Source: an uncultured Gemmatimonadaceae bacterium
Lineage (GTDB): Bacteria > Gemmatimonadota > Gemmatimonadetes > Gemmatimonadales > Gemmatimonadaceae
Direction of reading: 5' to 3'
Assembly (NCBI GenBank): GCA_963829055.1
Contig: CAWHHI010000016.1
Location: 192,001-256,000 of the forward strand
DNA length: 64,000 nucleotides
Shown: positions 59,869-64,000 of the stretch, piece after piece
Layout of the letters: each line of letters opens with the position of its first letter
How positions within the stretch are numbered: the first letter of the stretch is position 1
The notes under the pieces: generated by a model
Databases searched by the model: none
What the model was told of the DNA's origin: nothing
Seen by the model: only the letters and a program-made list of their open reading frames with translations
Program-made: the position numbers and the translations under genes

Positions 59869-61225
59869 ATGTTCAAGAAAATTCTGATCGCGAATCGGGG
59901 AGAGATCGCGCTCCGCGTCATCCGTGCCTGCCGCGAGCTCGGTATCGAGACCGTGGCCGTGTACTCGGAGGCTGACCGCGAGTCGCTCCATGTACGCTTC
60001 GCCGATGACGACGTGTGCATCGGCCCGCCGCCAGCGCGCGATTCCTATCTCAAGATTCCGCGACTGATCGCGGCGGCCGAGATCACCGGCGCCGACGCGA
60101 TCCACCCGGGCTACGGCTTCCTGGCGGAGAATGCGGAATTCGCAGAAACGTGTCAGGCGTCGAACATCATGTTCATCGGCCCGACGGCCGAACAGATCCG
60201 CGTGATGGGCGACAAGGCATCGGCGCGCGCGGCAATGGCCGCCGTTGGCGTCCCGATCATTCCTGGGCACACCGGGGCCCGTCGAGGACTCCGACGAGGC
60301 GCTGGGCTTCGCGCGCGAGATCGGATTTCCCGTCATCATCAAGGCGGCAGCCGGCGGCGGCGGCAAGGGCATGCGCGTCGCGAAGGACGCAGACGACTTC
60401 GCGCGGTCGTTTCAGCTCGCCCGATCCGAAGCGCTATCGGCGTTCGGCAACGGCGACGTCTATGTCGAGAAGTACCTCTCGCGGCCGCGCCACGTGGAGT
60501 TCCAGATCCTCGGCGATCGGCACGGCAACGTGATTCATCTCGGTGAGCGCGACTGCTCCGTGCAACGACGCCACCAGAAGCTGATCGAGGAAGCGCCGAG
60601 TCCCGCGGTGACGCCGGATCTGCGACAGCGGATGGGCGATGCGGCAGTCCGCGGCGCGAAGGCAATCGACTACGTCGGAGCGGGAACGATCGAGATGCTG
60701 CTCGACGAGGATGGCTCGTTCTTCTTCATGGAGATGAACACGCGCATCCAGGTCGAGCATCCGGTGACCGAGATGCTGACGGGGATCGATCTCGTGAAGG
60801 AGCAGATTCGCGTAGCGGCCGGTGAGCCGTTGTCGGTACTCGAGCTGCCAGTGCTCCGGGGCCATGTGGTCGAGTGTCGCATCAATGCCGAAGATCCGAG
60901 CCGGAACTTCCAGCCGTCACCGGGCAAGATCGAGGCGTTCCATCCGCCCGGCGGGCCCGGCGTGCGTCTCGATACACACGTGTACGCGGGCTACACCGTG
61001 CCTCCGTATTACGACTCGCTGCTGGCGAAGCTCATCTGCCAGGGGCGCGATCGTGAAGAGGCCATCACGCGCATGCGCGTCGCGCTCGACAGCTTCATCA
61101 TCGAGGGGGTCACGACCACTGCGCCGTTCCTCGGCCGCGTGATGGAGCATCCGAAGTTCCGCGCCGGGGATGTCGACACGAAGTTTCTCGAGCGCGAAAG
61201 TCAGCTCATGAAGGAGCCGACGTAG
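59869..61225 (+). CDS. accC: Biotin carboxylase, +1 frameshift near 60265
   Basis: [21 protein letters not shown] in frame one; [33 protein letters not shown] in frame two. Confidence 0.95.
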
Positions 61226-61972
61226 TGCGCGTCGATGTCATCTTCGGCGGCCACCGAGATGACCGCCGCGGATATTCACGGACGCGTCGTGCTCGTCATC
61301 GATGTGCTTCGTGCCTCGACGACGGTCGCTGTTGCGCTGTCAAACGGCGCCAGAGCCGTTATTCCGTTCGAGAGCTCCGATGAGGTCATCAATCGCGCCA
61401 AGCAATTCGAGCGGTCGGACGTGCTGCTGGCGGGCGAGCGGAAGATGCGCGCGATCCCCGGGTTCGACCTCGGCAACTCACCGCTCGAATACACGCGCGA
61501 GACGGTCGAAGGGAAGACCGTGTTGCTCACGACGACGAACGGCACGGTGGCCCTCGTCGGTGTGCAGGGCGCGCGCAATGTCATCGTCGCGTCGTACGTG
61601 AACTATTCCGCCGTCGCCGCGATGATCCGTGCGGCTGCGCGCGGCGCGGCGGACGTCGCGATCGTGTGCGCGGGCCGCGACCGACAGTTCGCCCTCGAGG
61701 ATGCCGCATGTGCTGGTCGATTCGCGCGGACCGTCAACCGCCGCCTCGCCAGCGTCCGTTTGAACGATGCCGCGCAGGCGTGCACATTGATCGACAAGCG
61801 TTACGGTGACGGACTGGATCGTCTATTCGAGGACTCGGAGCACGGCCGCGCACTCGCGGAAGCCGGTTTCTCGGCGGATCTCGCCGTGTGCGGTGAAGTG
61901 GATGCCCATCCGGTGATTCCGATCTACCAGGACCGCCAGATCACCAAGCTCGGACCAGACCGGGAGCGGTAA
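61225..61972 (+). CDS. comB: 2-phosphosulfolactate phosphatase family protein, apparent frameshift near 61250
   Basis: VIDVLRASTT, GER, FDLGNSP, TTTNGT, EDAACAG; GTG 61225 (VRVDVIFG) is out of frame with the body. Confidence 0.85.
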
Positions 61973-61977
61973 GTCCC

Positions 61978-64000
61978 GTGGGTAACACGTCGCTCAAGCG
62001 CGAGATCGCCGGGATCGCGCTGCTGTTGTTTGCACTCTTTCTCGCCGGCGCGTTTCTCGTCCCGCCTGAGGCTGCGGTGTACTCGTGCACGTCGGCCCAC
62101 GGAATCTTCGGGCCGGTGGGTGCGTGTTTGCGCAGCTGGTCGCGCGACCTGATCGGCATCCCCGCCGCGCTGCTCGTCCCGCTCATTCCCGCCGTCCATG
62201 CGCTGCGGCTGTTCGGCCGCATGGAGTCGGACACGGACCGATCGTGGCTCGTGTTTCTGATCGGCGTTGTGGTCATCCTGCCGGTCGCGTTAGGCCTGGC
62301 GCGCGCGGTTCCGCCAGGCGAGCTCGATGCGGCAGCGGGGCTGTGGGGCGGGTTCTTCTCGACGTACGCGGCGAAGGCGTTCGGGACGGTCGGTGCGTGG
62401 CTGATGCTGGCGTTGGCGGGAAGTGCGCTGGCGGCGGCGACGCTGCGGTGGAACCCTATTCGAGCGATAGTGGGGCATGCGCCTTCGGCGTCGGGAATAG
62501 GGAATCGGGAATCGGGAATCGGGGCTGCTGAGCCGGTTGCTGGCGCACCTGAAAAGGCGAAACGGCGCCGCGGGAAAAAAGGCGAGCTGCTCGCTGGGAC
62601 GGCTGCCGACGTGGCGACCACGCTGGCCCCGACGCCCGAGGAGATGCCCGCGATCGATCCGACGCTCATGCGCGACAGTGAGCGTGATCGCGACGAGGCC
62701 GACGGCGACGTGGACATCCCGTTCCGTGACCGGAAGAAACGCGAAAAGAAAACCAAGGTGGACGTCGCGACGGAGCATGCAGAGCGCATCGCGGCCGAGA
62801 TCGATGCGACCGCTGTCGCGATCGACATTGCCGGCGATGAGCTGCCGCCCACTGACATTCTCACGCCGCCGCCGCCGCGCAACGTGGAGATCGGCAAGCG
62901 CGAGCTGGACCTCATGGGCTCGAAGCTCATGGACGCGCTCCGCACGTTCCGCGTGGAAGGCGAGCTCGTAGGGCGCACGACCGGGCCCGTCGTCACGCAG
63001 TACGAGATCGAGCCGGCGCCGGGCGTGAAGGTGCGGCAGTTCGCGAACCTCGCCAACGATCTCGCGCTCGCGATGCGCGCGCCGAGCATTCGCGTCGTCG
63101 CGCCGATCCCTGGGCGTGGTGCGGTCGGCGTCGAGGTGCCGAATCCGACGGCCGAGATGGTCGTGTTCCGTGAGCTGATCGAGTCGCGGGATTTCCAGAG
63201 CGCCCGCGCGGCACTGCCGATCGCGTTAGGCAAGGACCTCGAGGGCAAGCCGGTCGTCGCGGACCTCGCGAAGATGCCGCACCTGCTGATCGCTGGCGCC
63301 ACGGGATCGGGCAAATCGGTGTGCGTCAACACGCTCATCACGAGCCTCGTCTACCGCCACACGCCGCGCACGCTGCGCTTCCTGATGGTCGACCCGAAGA
63401 TGGTCGAGCTGTCGGTGTACAACGTGCTCCCGCATCTGCGCCACAAGGTGGTGACGGACAACCGCGACGCGGCGGCGACGCTCAAGTGGGCGGTGCTCGA
63501 GATGCAGGAGCGCTACGAGCTGCTGGCGGCGAATGGCGCCCGCAACATCCAGGACTTCAACCGCAAGGTCACGGAGGGCGCGAAGCTGAAGGCGCCCAAG
63601 GATCAGGCTGCGGCGCTCGGCAACCCCGACTACGTCGGTGGCATCCTGCCGTACGTCGTCGTGATCATCGACGAGCTCGCCGACCTCATGATGACGGTGC
63701 AGGGCGAGGTGGAGACGCCGCTCGCCATGCTCGCGCAGAAGGCGCGCGCGATCGGCATTCACCTCATTCTCGCGACGCAGCGGCCGAGCGTGAACGTCAT
63801 CACGGGTCTCATCAAGGCGAATTTCCCGAGCCGCATTGCGTTCCGCGTGGCGTCACAGGTCGACAGCCGCACGATTCTCGACGGGATGGGAGCAGAGTCG
63901 TTGTTAGGCAACGGTGACATGCTGTTCATCCCGCCGGGCAAGTCTGAGCCGTCGCGGCTGCAGGGTGCGTTCATCTCGAGCGAGGACACCGAGCGCCTCA
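61978..64000 (+). CDS. ftsK: DNA translocase FtsK (3' truncated by window; absent from the ORF track)
   Basis: Read by hand from GTG 61978: N-terminal TM domain, GPVVTQYE, PHLLIAGATGSGKS, VDPKMVEL, IDELADLM, ATQRPSV. Confidence 0.95.
   Translation, partial: MGNTSLKREIAGIALLLFALFLAGAFLVPPEAAVYSCTSAHGIFGPVGACLRSWSRDLIGIPAALLVPLIPAVHALRLFGRMESDTDRSWLVFLIGVVVILPVALGLARAVPPGELDAAAGLWGGFFSTYAAKAFGTVGAWLMLALAGSALAAATLRWNPIRAIVGHAPSASGIGNRESGIGAAEPVAGAPEKAKRRRGKKGELLAGTAADVATTLAPTPEEMPAIDPTLMRDSERDRDEADGDVDIPFRDRKKREKKTKVDVATEHAERIAAEIDATAVAIDIAGDELPPTDILTPPPPRNVEIGKRELDLMGSKLMDALRTFRVEGELVGRTTGPVVTQYEIEPAPGVKVRQFANLANDLALAMRAPSIRVVAPIPGRGAVGVEVPNPTAEMVVFRELIESRDFQSARAALPIALGKDLEGKPVVADLAKMPHLLIAGATGSGKSVCVNTLITSLVYRHTPRTLRFLMVDPKMVELSVYNVLPHLRHKVVTDNRDAAATLKWAVLEMQERYELLAANGARNIQDFNRKVTEGAKLKAPKDQAAALGNPDYVGGILPYVVVIIDELADLMMTVQGEVETPLAMLAQKARAIGIHLILATQRPSVNVITGLIKANFPSRIAFRVASQVDSRTILDGMGAESLLGNGDMLFIPPGKSEPSRLQGAFISSEDTERL
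62491..62525 (+). repeat. Five tandem heptamers (TCGGGAA-like) inside the ftsK linker
   Basis: TCGGGAA TAGGGAA TCGGGAA TCGGGAA TCGGGGC, read as SGIGNRESGIG. Confidence 0.75.

Noticed and set aside
59869..61225. Programmed frameshifting or pseudogenisation of accC and other split genes
   Set aside because: No shared slippery motif and no decay; scattered single-base indels fit sequencing error better.
61225..61972. Coenzyme M biosynthesis implied by comB
   Set aside because: ComB-family phosphatases are widespread as stand-alone genes; no other com genes are in the window.
1..64000. CRISPR arrays, tRNA/rRNA genes, IS elements, prophage
   Set aside because: No repeat-spacer periodicity, cloverleaf, or transposase/phage ORFs seen; intergenic gaps are all under about 300 nt.

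Overview
High-GC bacterial chromosome segment (roughly two-thirds G+C by eye); gene content and order suggest Gemmatimonadota (inference only). It holds about 53 genes, all on the + strand except one SurA/PpiD-like gene. Most are housekeeping or envelope genes: carB end, bamD-nadD-secA, radC-rel-uvrB-tsaE-tsaB-rimI-ssb, tol-pal, tatC-lptD, hut, tatA, aroQ-accB-pilT-accC and the start of ftsK. The accessory part is about 1.2-17.3 kb: wbpDBEA-type diamino-uronic acid genes, wzi-wza-wzc export genes, then ugd and a UDP-glucuronate decarboxylase. Translationally coupled to wzc is a compact candidate RiPP cassette (10678-14776): a nucleotidyltransferase fused to an S26-like peptidase, an HPr-kinase-like kinase, a PqqD/RRE protein, a radical SAM/SPASM enzyme and a 58-aa precursor missed by the ORF track (YEPP leader motif, two core Cys). 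A second signal is the non-palindromic octamer CGTTAGGC/GCCTAACG, seen about 28 times on both strands. About ten genes carry single-base frameshifts that look like assembly errors. I saw no rRNA, tRNA, CRISPR array or transposase.
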